Source: Octopus vulgaris (Eukaryota). From it: a stretch of 64,000 nucleotides of DNA. The notes under the pieces were generated by a model. It did no database searches. It was not told the DNA's origin and saw nothing but the letters and a program-made list of their open reading frames with translations. Positions 10,401 through 25,701 of the stretch are shown here, one piece after another. Every line of letters begins with the position of its first letter. Positions within the stretch are counted from its first letter, which is position 1. The position numbers and the translations under genes are program-made. The stretch spans positions 221,960,001-222,024,000 of the forward strand of contig OX597814.1 of assembly GCA_951406725.2 (NCBI GenBank), given 5' to 3'.

Positions 10401-13400
10401 TTAATATTACATTTCTAACTTCCTGGATGCTTTAAAACAATAAACGCATGTGTATAAATACACACGTGCGCACGTACACACATATATATATATTTATAAT
10501 AATAAGTCCTCATTTTGTTTGATTATTTATTTCAATTCGTTCATATGCTCACAGTCGTCTTGTTTTCGTTGTTATCTCTCGCCCGTTCACTGTCTCGTCT
10601 TGAATTACATTTATTCCATATTTGTATGTTAAACTTCTGTGTAGTTATTTATTTCTTGTCTGTTTGTACATTTTCTATCTTGGTTTTTCCCGGCATTGCC
10701 ACCAGAAGAGGTCCAATATTATTGATAAGGCGCTAATTCGCGGTTGACCCCCTGAACCTCTCGCCGATAAATGATGACGATTTGTCGACCTTCTGTATCT
10801 ATTTGAATATTATATAATTTTATCAGTTATAGCTACGAAGTTTCAAAAATATTTTTTATACACTAACTGAACTCTATCTAGATATTAGATTCTTATAAAT
10901 GTTCGACATTTACAAGTATGTGAAATATGCATATCTCTAAGAAATTAAAATGATATTATTCAGAATTTAGCACGAACTGCACTTTGATCTTTAAACTTTA
11001 TGAAAACTTTTGATGTACCTGAAATATTTATTTATAATTTTTGTTCTGTTAACTTTATTATGCCTTTAAACATAGCTGTACTAACTTCTTGTCATAGTTA
11101 TTATAAATTTTATATATATCTTAATATAACTATCTAAATAAATATTTAGATAAGTACGTTGTATCCAAATCTATTTTTTCTGACATATTTAATTATAGTG
11201 AAAGTGTTTTTAACGTCATAGCAGGAAATCGAAAATGTTAACATTAAATTTGTTGTAACATCAAATTAAATTTGTTTCAACTGTTTTATTTTTTTTAAAT
11301 GTTCCTAACAATTATTCCACATAGATTTAAACTCATCTTCTGCTGATTCTTTCTCATCCAACCTTCACAAATTTCCATTGTTTCTCACATTAAACTGCAC
11401 CCACCTATAGCTGTGTCTCCGACATTGTTTCTACTATATAGAACGTGTTGTCTAACATATTTACTCAAATCATATTTTCTTATCATTGATTCATTCCTTG
11501 ATTCACTTCTCGTCTTTTAAATTAATTGAGTGCTTCAATTATAACTGTTTACACAAATGTAGTGCTTTAAGTGTAACAAAATTAGTGAAAATCTATATTG
11601 AAATTAAATACGAATAGCAATTTAATACGGCACCATAGAGTAAGTAATATGCTTTCTTTCAACTTACTCCTGGATTTGGGCTTTATATAACATGTTCTAT
11701 ATTATAGATAATTAGGGTTGCCATAGCCCGCTGGAGCTTAGTAGCAGAGACAATCCGTTGTCCGCTGACACTCGTTGACGCTACATAGAATAGGCTAGGG
11801 AATAGAAGAAAGAAGGAGAAAGAAGACATACACTCAACACCAGAGCTGAAGACACCTCTGAAGGCGGGGGGCGCCACATCAAAACAGTAGAGGAGTAGGG
11901 GCCGAAATCGGGCGTGGTTCCTCCTGATGATGTCTTGAGCTAACTGTATCCTATAAAGGAGCTTTTGTGGTAGCAGACCACAAAACATGGTTGAAATTCC
12001 TCCATTCTTGTAGTTTAGGCATTAATTTTTAAGGTGATTTTATAAGTTTCCTAGAATTATTTGGAATAGAGATCCTTAATTTGAATCTAATCGTATATGA
12101 AAATTCCACTAAGAACTATAAACGTAAAGAAGTTACTTCTGGACCTACGTTGTTCATTATTGTTCCCTGATACTTATTTATATTGGCAAAGTAAGTCATT
12201 AGAATTTTTCAGCAAGAAACTGCGATTGATGCTTGTATGTGAGTGGTAAATGCAAGTAGCATGAGTGGAGGATAACTTAAAAGCGTGTACGATAATATCA
12301 GCTAAACGTTCTTGTAGAGTTTGTAAAATTACTACTTACAGTGGAAACTCTCAGAGCATTAACATTGTTAAGTGTAACTGAACTCACCACTGCAAGCTAA
12401 CGAAGTCTATGACAATACTACGAATTATTACCGATTGTTCTGCTTATATATTATATATATTGTGAAGCTTATGAAAAGAGACAATTTGATAATCAATTTC
12501 ATTTATCATATGTAAAGAAGAGCTCGGGAAAGATTTAAGAGATGACAAGTAAGAAGTATGTACTTCGATGAGTTTTGTAAGGGAATGTTGTAACATCATA
12601 TTTTGCTGGCATTACTTCTCTTTACATGTTTGGTTTCAAACTTCTAAACATTGAGGAAGAAGTATAAACCGATTAGAGTATTAAGTATCGTAACACACAT
12701 TGGTTTTGTCTCAACATCGTGAGAGAGATGATTCAGCAAATCATCATGATGATCATTTTATGTTATCACCAAGATATCTTTCACGAATAATCTTCATTCC
12801 GTAGAGAAAAGTTACTATGGACACAAACAAACGCACATACAAAAGCGCGCGCACAGACACGCACACACGCACATACACACACACACACACTAGTATGTAC
12901 ATATATGCCCGCGCATGCGTATGTGTATGGGACAATGCGATGTCAGATAGTATTACTAAATCTGGAAGCATGGAAAGAGAGGCGAGTAGAAACGAAAATG
13001 ATTGAAGAAGAGAGAGGAAGCGGTGAGTGAGAGATCGTAGATGAAGAGAAGTGTGTGAATGAGAAGAAAAGAAACGGGGAAGAGAAAAAAAGGGAGAGGT
13101 GTAGGAGGAATATGGGAATATATAAGAAATGAATGTAAAACAATAAAATAAATTGAACAAAGGGAGAGAAAGAAAGAGTGAAGTAAAGAGAGAGACAGAC
13201 ACACAGAGAGAAAGACAGAAAGAAAGACAGAAAGAAAGAAAATAAAAAGGAAGAGAGAAAGGAGACGAGTAGTGAATGACAGCGAGAAAGAATTGGAAGG
13301 ACACTGAAATACCAAGAGACAGGTGATATGTATGAATGAGTGACATACGGACAGAAATACTAATAAACATATATACGATAGGGAACTAAAGGTAATAAAA

Positions 13401-13639
13401 AATTAGACGATTAAGAAATAGAACGAAGACAGCTCATGCAAGATTAGAGATTAGAAAGAGACAAAAGGAATAATTCATTCGTTATTGTAAAGCCATTTAT
13501 TCAGAATTTGGTAAAAATTAATCCAGTACAGATTATCCTTACCATCGCTAATCTTCGATGGCACCAAAATGCTTTTCCTCGGAGAACAAATAGAATTAGT
13601 TCAAAGAAAAGATATGATATAAGTATGTATGTCTTTAGA

Positions 13640-14068
<429 letters not shown>

Positions 14069-14159
14069 AACATAACTATGCTTAAATGTGTTGACTATAA
14101 AGAAATATCTATTTGGGGTTTACGGTAAGTAAACAAATACAAATTACCAAAGAAATGAT

Positions 14160-14340
<181 letters not shown>

Positions 14341-14349
14341 CGTCACTAG

Positions 14350-14555
14350 ATTAGGTACAGGGCCACAAATTTGGAGGTGAGGGATTAATGGATTATATCG
14401 TCTCAGTGTTTGGCTGGAACTTTATATTATCGTCATAGGAAGGATGAAGTGCGAAGCTTACCAAATATGGATAAAATTCAGATAAATAAAGAGATGTCAC
14501 TACGTAGCACAAGATATTTTGTCCGGTGCTGAAAACAACTGTAGCACTCATCAGT
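14350..14555 (-). mobile_element. Old SINE family B copy
   Basis: GGTACAGGGCC tail, GAAGGATGAA core and ATTTTGTCCGGTG head match family B. Confidence 0.55.
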
Positions 14556-14762
14556 ATATTTATTTTATTGGTAATAATAATTGTAATAATATGCACAACA
14601 AATAATATGATACAATACTAACCATTATGATACTTAAAAAGGAATATTGTAATAATAATGATAATAATATAAATATTAATGATTAATACAATTTGGAATA
14701 ATTTTCATGGTGGTGATACTGATGATGATGATAAGCTTGATGGTGATAATGATGTTGATGCC

Positions 14763-14827
<65 letters not shown>

Positions 14828-14863
14828 ATAATAATAATAATAATGATAAAATATAATAATAAC

Positions 14864-14925
<62 letters not shown>

Positions 14926-15159
14926 CAATGATAATAATGATGATCATAATAAGAGTAGTGATAATCATAACATTCTCTGCATAAAAGGAATATTGCTTTT
15001 CGTTTGCCGAAAATATATTTTTGGTAAAAATAAAATAGTATCCTACAGTATTATGAGTATTTGTGTAAGGTATACATAATCATATATATATATATATATA
15101 AACATACATATACACATACATATGCATGTATACTTATGTCTTCGCAGATATAAATATAT

Positions 15160-15228
<69 letters not shown>

Positions 15229-15248
15229 TTCATATATACATATGTATG

Positions 15249-15294
<46 letters not shown>

Positions 15295-15686
15295 GTATAC
15301 ACACACATGCATATGCACATATATACACACGTATTTATATACATGCATGTTGGTATTTGTAAATGTGTGTGTATAGAGAAAATGTGAGTATAGATAAATA
15401 GGTTCATGCTTGCATATGTGTCTGTATGTATGGCTTTTTCCGTGGATATATAAATAAAAAAAAAAACTTAAACGCAAGCTAACTACCACAGCAGTTAAAA
15501 ATAGGAACAATATCTTATGATTCTCTATACTCGTAGACTACGTACTGGAAGACGTTCATTTAGTTTCAACAAATGTAAGTTGTAGCTCTGCTGCTATTAT
15601 ACTTACCAGTAGATATATACATACATAATTATACATTCATACACACACAAACAAACGTGCACACATAAAAACACATAGAAACACAA

Positions 15687-15762
<76 letters not shown>

Positions 15763-15795
15763 TAATATATATATATAAATAATATATATATATAT

Positions 15796-16009
15796 TGTGA
15801 CCTCGTGAGTACCGCTGGCGATTTGTTCCTCTGTCTTCCCTTCTCGGGATCTATCCTTCTCCTATGTTTCCGACGAAGAGCTCAGCTCGAAACGTTAAAC
15901 CCTCCTTCTTCCCTTCTTTCCTGAGCGTCCAATAATACTTTATTTGTTCCACGTCCTCGCGTTGTTGTGTTTTTGTTTTTTTTTTGTATTTTGTAGTTTG
16001 GATTAACTT

Positions 16010-16010
<1 letters not shown>
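15796..16010 (+). mobile_element. Short PLE-like non-autonomous fragment between (TA)n tracts, carrying an HHR-like motif
   Basis: (TA)n on both sides, T-rich 3' end, HHR motif at 15866-15900. Confidence 0.6.
15866..15900 (+). ncRNA. Minimal type I hammerhead-like motif (core U4->C variant)
   Basis: GTTT-CCGACGAA-GAGC tca GCTC-GAAA-C-GTT-AAAC: stem I GTTT/AAAC, stem II GAGC/GCTC, palindromic ACGT in place of helix III. Confidence 0.6.
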
Positions 16011-16081
<71 letters not shown>

Positions 16082-16850
16082 GAAGTATACATCTTCACAT
16101 ATATATTTTCTTATATTTCTAAGCACTGAGGTGCCAAACCATCTAAACCCCTAAATTCTTCATTCATTACTAATAATCCTATCTGTGCCCCATCACTTAG
16201 ACTCTACCACTACACATTTGTCACTCCTTTACCTTTTATCACTCCGCAATTCCTTCTATCTTTTTCCACTCTAATACCTTTCTCTCTCTATCAACCTTTA
16301 TCTCCACACTCCTACTTTTAAATTATCTCCACTGGCCACTAAATGGTACGCTTTGCCTTATCTATATCTTTGTTTTTCTTTTTTCTTTTTCCTTTCTTTC
16401 CTTTATTCCCCTTTTCCTGATTTCATTTTTTCATTATTTCGTTATTTTATTATTTTTCTTCTTACTTTCTTCTCCTTCTTCTCTCTTCTTTTCTCCATTT
16501 TCTCTTTTTCTCTTTTTTTATTCCTCTCTTCCTCTTTTCGATTTGAGCCTATTAATACACTCCCAATCTTCACAAACACAAATGTCCCTACAAATACAAT
16601 ATATTTTACAAGTGCAAGATCCCTACATATTTCACATCTATTTTCTTCCCTCCACCTCACTCTCTATTTTGTATCCTATCTAAATAGACTATTACTTAAC
16701 CATCCTATCACATCGTCAACAATGAAGGTATATAATAAATATCTTGGAAACAGCTGGAAGACCTAACTATAAATGTTCTAAAATCTACACAGCCTTGTTT
16801 TTTTTAATCTCATTACGAAAATAAAATTATTTATACACACATACACACAT

Positions 16851-16900
<50 letters not shown>

Positions 16901-17145
16901 GTTGCTTTTAAGGATGGTCATTGTTTTGGCAAATAATCAAACGCACTATATATTCGTTCTTCAATTATTTATTACTCATCATATTCGAACTCATGTCCAT
17001 TGTCTGGAAATCTTTCGTCACAGATGTGTGACGAAAGATTTTCGGAGTACAAATCCTATGAGTTAGGATAACGACAGTGATAAACGACTGAAGAAAGAAT
17101 ACATATTTGGCAATAGGCAGAGAAACGATCATCCCGAAATGCAAG
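16901..17145. repeat. ~245-bp palindromic element between (TA)n tracts
   Basis: Perfect 15-bp central stem AAATCTTTCGTCACA-gatg-TGTGACGAAAGATTT; arms stay recognisably complementary out to GGATGGTCA / GATCATCCC. Confidence 0.75.
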
Positions 17146-17183
17146 ATTCATATCAGGAATTTTGCAACGGAAATTCATATATG

Positions 17184-17226
<43 letters not shown>

Positions 17227-17656
17227 AAGTATCTATGTATGTATTCTTTCTTTTTCATGATCTCTAAGTACACATAGCAGGTAAATATATGGGTCTGAAA
17301 TATCATTTTGGCTATATTAAGGTTCGTATCCCATAGTCAACCTTCAGCATTTTGTATCCAAGACAGATCTTTCAAGCCACAATTTACATGCTATCATTTG
17401 TAGCTTTGTATGTATGCTTGAAGTAATCCCAAACGAATTAATTCACGCCCTCTCGAAACCTTTAACCTCATTGTGACCACATCAATATAATTATACATAT
17501 TATACATATACATACATACATATATACATACATACTTTTTTCCTATTATATATATATATATGTATGTGTATATGTATATATATGCTTATATATATATATA
17601 TATATGCACGTATACATACATATATGCATGCATACATATATGCATGTATATATATT

Positions 17657-17733
<77 letters not shown>

Positions 17734-17734
17734 T

Positions 17735-17986
<252 letters not shown>

Positions 17987-18726
17987 CACACACATATTTT
18001 ATGATTCGTTGATTGGTTACTCTGAATGGATTATAATGTTGCATTATTCTTGTGTAATTCTGAGAATAGAATTAAATGACAGATAAAAAGCGTATTGGAT
18101 CACATTTAACAACATCAGATGTTCGGTGATCAGCTTGCTCAAGGCAAGTCAGATGAATCCACTGATTACTCAAATTCAAATAGAATATTGAGCCTGTAAC
18201 CTTGTGAAATGAAGTGACAAGTCTTGATTTTGAATTGCACTTATCCTTTTTTCTATATATATTTTTTATGCAGCGTTTTTATGCATTGTTCTTTCGACTA
18301 CCTTTATTTTGAAACTTATTTTCTTATTTCGTCTTATTTATACAATTTTATATACTTACGTCACGTTGTAGTTCTATGCTTGTTATTTATTAGTTCTTTG
18401 TTAAGAATGTTACTGTATAATAGCTATCGTTCTTGTCCCGCTTTGTCACATAGCTTAATGTTCAATCAGTTCTATATATCTTCTACTATCTTCTCGTCGT
18501 CTCTTATTCCCCATTCACTTTTGTACCCCCCATATTGCCTTCTCCCTATGGAGGTTCTGTCTCCGTCGGTAAACTGATATCTGTAAATACACACATCCAT
18601 TTTCTCTTTTTAGCTAATTGCCTACTAGCAACTGATCTCACTGGTTACTCGATTTATTTTTATCAACTTACAATTTGTGCTCTGACTCTCCACACGACGA
18701 TGAAAACAACTCGAAGTTAATCGAAC

Positions 18727-18805
18727 CTGAAGAGTAGCTAAACGGGTTATGTGTGTGTTAGAATTTATGTAACAAATATTCTTTAGCTATGAAACATATG
18801 TAATC
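18727..18805 (+). ncRNA. Hammerhead core with long helix II, helix I decayed
   Basis: CTGAAGA-GTAGCTAAA ... TTTAGCTAT-GAAA-CATATG-TA: 9-bp helix II, palindromic loop III, GUA triplet; helix I does not pair. Confidence 0.55.
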
Positions 18806-19158
18806 TTTATTTACCTTTTCCATTCCTTACATTCTTGGATTTTTTTAGAATACAATATATACTTTATGGCTATGTAACTATGCATCTATCACACCCTATG
18901 TAATTACAGATCATATAAAAATCTAAATGCGCAGTTAAATGCTTTTATACTATAATTTCGTTTTAGATACTCTTTATAACGATACAATATTGCGTACCCA
19001 AAAAATTTCACATAATTCGGAAAAAATTATTGTAGAAATTCATTTATCTTAACTTATTTGTTTGTTTCTGCACTAGCTTCTTCCTCTTGCAATATACAAA
19101 GCATTTATGTGCATTCAAAGACACAGACACAGACACACACACACACACACTTACAAAA

Positions 19159-19223
<65 letters not shown>

Positions 19224-20142
19224 TGTATATATATACTTATATAGTTATATATATGCATTATGTATGTATATCTCTATTAAAATAGCTACACATAAAGATA
19301 ATTTCAATAGTATCTAAAATTCAAAATATTAAAATTTCATTTTGTGGGAGTACAATACGATACCTGGCGTTTTTGGTCTTATAAATAAATCCCAATCTAT
19401 GTATGATAAGTCGACTAGGTGGAATATGAAACAGAAAGATAGATAACCGAATATTGTACAAGCAAAAAATAGATCGACTAATATTACATTAAATGGAAGA
19501 TCAACAGACCGTCAAGTAAGGGATATAGTTTCTATTGAAATAATCTTGTGGAAAGAATGTCGCAAAAATGTTCTTTTACGTACTTTATTATACATTATAT
19601 ACTTTTTGTTAGTTGATGTATTTACTGTTTGTCATTTGTATATTTCTGGATGTATATATTCGTATGCATATGTGCATGTGAAAATATGTGGCTTATATGT
19701 AATCCTTTGTATTGCCCTTCGTATGATGATTAAATCTGGGAGTATAATTTGCCATACAGATATGTACCAACTTACCAACATTGATATCGGCTCTTAAATC
19801 GAAAAAAATATGTACACCAAAGATACTATATCTGTGTGTGAGAGAGAGAGAGAGAGTTAAGCGAAAATATATTAATGTTATACTAGTGTGGAAATGTTAG
19901 GAGTCACGATGTGATCACAAGAAAAAAAAGAAGGAAAAACGGTCGGAGAAGCCGGGATGCTACAATCAAAATATTAGAAGAAACGAATTTTATTATAAAT
20001 TTGATTCTACTCCTAATATTGCGTCTAATCGTTGCTAAACTCTGTGTTATATTTAAATTTGCTTCAAAATTATAAAATAATATAAATATACATATAAATA
20101 TATGGATACATATATACATATACATATATATATATATATATG

Positions 20143-20173
<31 letters not shown>

Positions 20174-20208
20174 GCATGTACATATATATATATGCATATA
20201 TATATATA

Positions 20209-20256
<48 letters not shown>

Positions 20257-20725
20257 TATGAGAATGGATGGAGGGATATGTGTATAGTTGAATGAAGGAT
20301 TCCAGTATGTATATATGAACTTATGTACAAGTAAATATTATAGAGAAATATATTAGGCACAATTCGATAGCAAATATAATAGATTGCCAAAGTTATGCGT
20401 CAAGTGACATTTATGTACAAGATACTGGAATAAAACGTATTTTCTTTGTCGAAATTTATTATAAATATCTATCTAAAATATCTATTTTTATGCATATATA
20501 TACTTATATATCCTATATATATATATATATATAACTATAAATCTGCACATTTGCGTTTAAAAATTAATATACATTCACATGCGGATCTGAGATACGTGTT
20601 TCGTTTCAACTTATATGCTAACGAGCGGGATACACTTATTCAGTTGTGCAATATATAGGTATATATGTACAAAATTCTATGCATGTATGTATGTATGTAT
20701 GTATGTATGTATGTATGTATGTATG

Positions 20726-20791
<66 letters not shown>

Positions 20792-21604
20792 CCAGGTGGT
20801 GCTATTAAGTTAGACATGGCCTGGGCCAATAATGGCCGAAACCTATCAAAGTATACATATACATATATATATATATTTACGTATGTATATATGTTTGTAT
20901 GTATATATACATGTATATAAATATATATATATATATATGTGCATATATATATTCGTCCATATGCATAAACATATCTAATGTGCATACATTAATTCCATCA
21001 TATATATATATATATATGTGTGTGTGTATACTTATATGTATGTATGAATAGGTATATATATATAGATAGTTAGATGTATAGATATATTTATATAAATATA
21101 CGCTACTATACGTACATACATACCTAGATACATATATAAATATACGCTACTATACGTACATACATACCTAGATACATATGTACATACATATATACAAATA
21201 TATACATACATATATACATACATACATACATATATACATACATACATACATCATACATACAAGGTGTGCAGGTGAGTCTGATATTAATCAGACTCATTGT
21301 TAGATAAAATGACAGAAATCTAACCTTTTGTGGGCTATTTTTCATAAATTTATAAATAATCTAGTTCCATTTGACGTATATCTCTGAGAATTTGTATCCT
21401 TCTGCTAATATGATATGTGCATCCTACTAAATCTACTGATAAAGTATGATTATGCCTAGTGCATCTAAGGGGATAATAGAAGCAACAACATTTATTTTTA
21501 GGGAAATAAATATTAAAGTAATAGACGAGTATTTATAGCTTTCGAATGATTAACAATTATTATTTGCGATAATGGTGATGGTGGTGATAATGATGATGAT
21601 GGGG

Positions 21605-21802
21605 AAGAAAGTTCTAAGTGGGCCCCCACCTGCAAGGTCATGCGCTGTTTATCTTGATACGAAATTACAATGTCACTCACATGCGATTGTGATGCATTTG
21701 CCTGGTGTACACTTATCAGACGGGTAGTCATAATGGGTATATTGGGCTTCGTGTAATTATATCCCAGTATCTATTTGATGGCATGCGCTGATCTCCCACT
21801 AA
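21605..21802 (+). mobile_element. 3' fragment of an (AAT)n-tailed retroposon (same family as 49334-49830)
   Basis: Reverse complement matches 49334-49530 (CTTATCAGACGGGTAGTC, GCTGTTTATCTTGATA); followed by (AAT)n. Confidence 0.8.
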
Positions 21803-21805
21803 ATG

Positions 21806-21872
<67 letters not shown>

Positions 21873-21886
21873 TAATAATAATAATG

Positions 21887-22092
21887 CTTTCCAGTTTTGG
21901 CACAAGGCCAGCAATTCCAGGGGATACGTCGACGAGAACGATTCCAGTGCTCAACTGGTACATATTTTATCGACTTCGACATGATGAAAGGCACAGTCGA
22001 CCTCGCTGTTATTTGAACACAGAAAGAAAAGATAGGCGAAATGCCGCTAAGCATTTTTACCGGCGTGCTAAGTTTCTGCCAGATCACCGCTT
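21887..22092 (-). mobile_element. SINE family B
   Basis: GGCACAAGGCC tail, ATGAAAGGCACAGTCGACCTCG core, GGCGTGCTAA..TCTGCCAG head. Confidence 0.85.
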
Positions 22093-22106
22093 TATGCCAG
22101 TTCGCC

Positions 22107-22157
<51 letters not shown>

Positions 22158-22159
<2 letters not shown>

Positions 22160-22345
22160 CAAGATAACCTTGATGACTACCGCCCATATACTACGGAAAG
22201 CACTCTCAATCTAAAATGAAATAAATGTGGTGATAATTTTAGCCTGCATAGGAAAACAAATCTGCCCTTGCTACTCTTAACCTCTGGAGGACGCCCGGTA
22301 CTAGGGCAGCTGAAATAAAGTTATAATGAAAGGAAACAATAAATG
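22158..22345 (+). mobile_element. Dong/R4-clade (RLE) non-LTR retrotransposon 3' end
   Basis: 22161-22214 encodes KITLMTTAHILRKALSI*, matching the R4/Dong terminal motif QK..LLGTAHILRKVL; short 3' UTR; embedded in (TAA/TGA)n. Confidence 0.75.
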
Positions 22346-22378
22346 TTGATTATGATGATGATGATGATGATGATGATG

Positions 22379-22418
<40 letters not shown>

Positions 22419-22595
22419 TAATAATGATAATAATAATGATGGAGATGATGATGATGATGATAATGATGATGATGATGATGATAATAATAATAATAATAAA
22501 TATAATAATTTCGACAAAACGGAAATATGGCCAGTAACATTTTTTTAACGAAATATATGATGTAACAAAGAATATGATGAAATTATGAAAAATGA

Positions 22596-22641
<46 letters not shown>

Positions 22642-22700
22642 GATAATAGTAATGATGATAAAGATAATAATGATAGGAATAACAATAATGATAATAATAA

Positions 22701-22746
<46 letters not shown>

Positions 22747-22985
22747 AGTAGTAGTAGTTGTTGTAGTAGTAGTAGTAGTAGTAGTAGTAGTATTTGTAGT
22801 GGTAGTGGTGGTGGTGGTAGTGGTGGTGGTAGTGGTGGTGGTCGTGGTGGAGGTGGTGGTATTAGCAGAGGTGAAAATCAGAAAACGGAGTGTATATAGT
22901 CTAAACATTTAGAAACAGCAAGAGCAATGAAGGGGAAAGTAATATACCTCACGATGATGATGATGATGATGATGATGATAATGGC

Positions 22986-23021
<36 letters not shown>

Positions 23022-23316
23022 TATAACAATGAATTAAACCAAGATTCCAGCAAATTTAAAGGGTTCAGATTAATGGGTATCATCTACGCCATTTTATTTT
23101 ATCGAACCCTTGATGAATAAAAGGCAAAATTGACCAAGGCGGGAGTTGAAATCAGAATGTACAGTACGAAAAAAATATTGCAAAGCATTTTTCCTACGAT
23201 GTAGATGTTACTATTATCGTTATTATTATTATTATTATTATTATTATATGAAACCTCACAGTTTATTTTGCTGGTTATGATGGAAAGTGTAAGCTGTCCA
23301 CAGTCAGAAGCGTAAG

Positions 23317-23381
<65 letters not shown>

Positions 23382-23567
23382 CATAATTTTTGTTGTTGTT
23401 GTTGTTGTTGCTGCTGCTGCTGATGATGATGATGATGGTGTTATTAATATAAACTAATAAGTATATTGTTCTAAAATTATCAGACTGAGATTAATCGTTT
23501 AATACATCTGTTAAACATTTCCCCGGGGAAGGATACTTACAAACTGCAACTATCTAAAGAAGTAATG

Positions 23568-23612
<45 letters not shown>

Positions 23613-23635
23613 GTGGTAGTAGTTGTAATAATAAC

Positions 23636-23718
<83 letters not shown>

Positions 23719-23729
23719 TAATAATAATG

Positions 23730-23763
<34 letters not shown>

Positions 23764-23825
23764 TAATAATAATGATAATAATAATAATAATATTAATAAT
23801 AATAATAATAATGGTAATAATAATG

Positions 23826-23895
<70 letters not shown>

Positions 23896-23900
23896 TAATA
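22346..23900. repeat. Cluster of trinucleotide microsatellites (AAT, GAT, TAG, GGT, GTT)
   Basis: Direct reading; interrupted by an old SINE-B remnant near 23035-23200. Confidence 0.92.
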
Positions 23901-24412
23901 TTCAGAAATAGATTTGGAGGTACAGTTTGTTCGATAACAATAACAGCAATTGAAATTTAAAACAAAATATACCGACACCTGATGTTACAACTGTAACATA
24001 ATATTTTCTGCAAGTATATTGGGCCAACGAATTTTCTTAGTTCTTTTATTTGATTTTTTTATATTATATTATTTTGCTTTAATAATCTTTGGAGCAACTG
24101 GGAAGGAACACAGCGCAGTTGATGAAATTGGAAGATTGGAGGACAATACAGATACTATATATATATATATAACACACAAAATGTATATGTGTGTGTGTGT
24201 GTGTGTCCGCGTGTGTGTTAAAGTTGTGCTTACAACTACATACATAGATCTATGACATGTATGCAAATATATTTGTGTGCATATTTGTGTTTTTATATAT
24301 ATGTGTATAATTTATCATACATACACCCATATGTACTTATATACTTAAGGATAGAAATAAATACAATTTTATATAGATATGTTTGTGTGTGTATGCGCGT
24401 GTGCAAGATATA

Positions 24413-24445
<33 letters not shown>

Positions 24446-25163
24446 GTGTGTGTGTGTATGTATGTATGTATATACATATTGTTATATTTGTACATATACG
24501 AATACATATATTTACTGTTATGTTTTAGGAGGTTGGTTTTGCATGTGTTCAAACACGCAGGAGATAGTAAATTTTAGTTCTAGTTAAACAATTATCTATT
24601 GGTAAGGCAACATTCTATATTATTTTCCTTAATTTTATCCGCAATAGTTTTTCTAAAGAGTCAACCGCACCCTTAACTATTTAGCAAGGAACCTGACGTT
24701 AGTTACCCAATGAGGGCGACTCATTGGTGAAAATATACATCTAAGTAGAAAAATATCGCTCTGCGGAGCAAATTCTAAAACAATGCGTGTACTTACACAC
24801 ACATACATGTGCGCGCACGCACACACTAACATACAAACGTGCGCGCATACACTCATATATATACACAAGATAATCACACATATATACAGAATTATACACA
24901 AGCATTAATATATACATGGATGTGTTATCATATATATATATATATGCAAATACAGAGACCTGATATGCTCTTATTATGCATACATACAGTTGTGTGTATG
25001 AGTGTGTCTACGTAACTGTTCTGTCATATAAGGTCATGCAAACGTACCTACGTATAACTATATATGTGTATACACCTAACTGCCAATGCTTGAATGCGCA
25101 CACGCAAGAAAGTGTATTCGTGAACATACAAATGTATCTATGCGCATAAGCGCTCACACACAC

Positions 25164-25209
<46 letters not shown>

Positions 25210-25277
25210 GAATATTTGTATATATACATATATATATGTAAACCTATATGCATACATATATACATAGATATACTTTC

Positions 25278-25323
<46 letters not shown>

Positions 25324-25628
25324 TGAATATAAGTATAGCATTTTATATATTTGTTTCTATTATAAGAAATTGTACAAGCAATGGAATCTATGTGCACTGC
25401 TTCTAATAGCAGAAACATCTATAAGGTCATGTATTTGATTACGCAATTTTTTTCTCTTCTCATTCAAATATTAATATTACGCTCTGTACCCGCCCAGCGC
25501 ATTATTCTAATGCTTCTTTATATTTAGTGTTAACTATTGGTTATTAAATACTGTTACGCCAATGCGAAATCACAAAACACTGCAACACACACACATATAT
25601 ATATACAAATATATACACACGCACACGT

Positions 25629-25701
<73 letters not shown>

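Noticed and set aside
12753-13370. 205-aa hydrophobic ORF
   Set aside because: Comes from low-complexity purine-rich (GA/AAG) and CA repeats, not a membrane protein.
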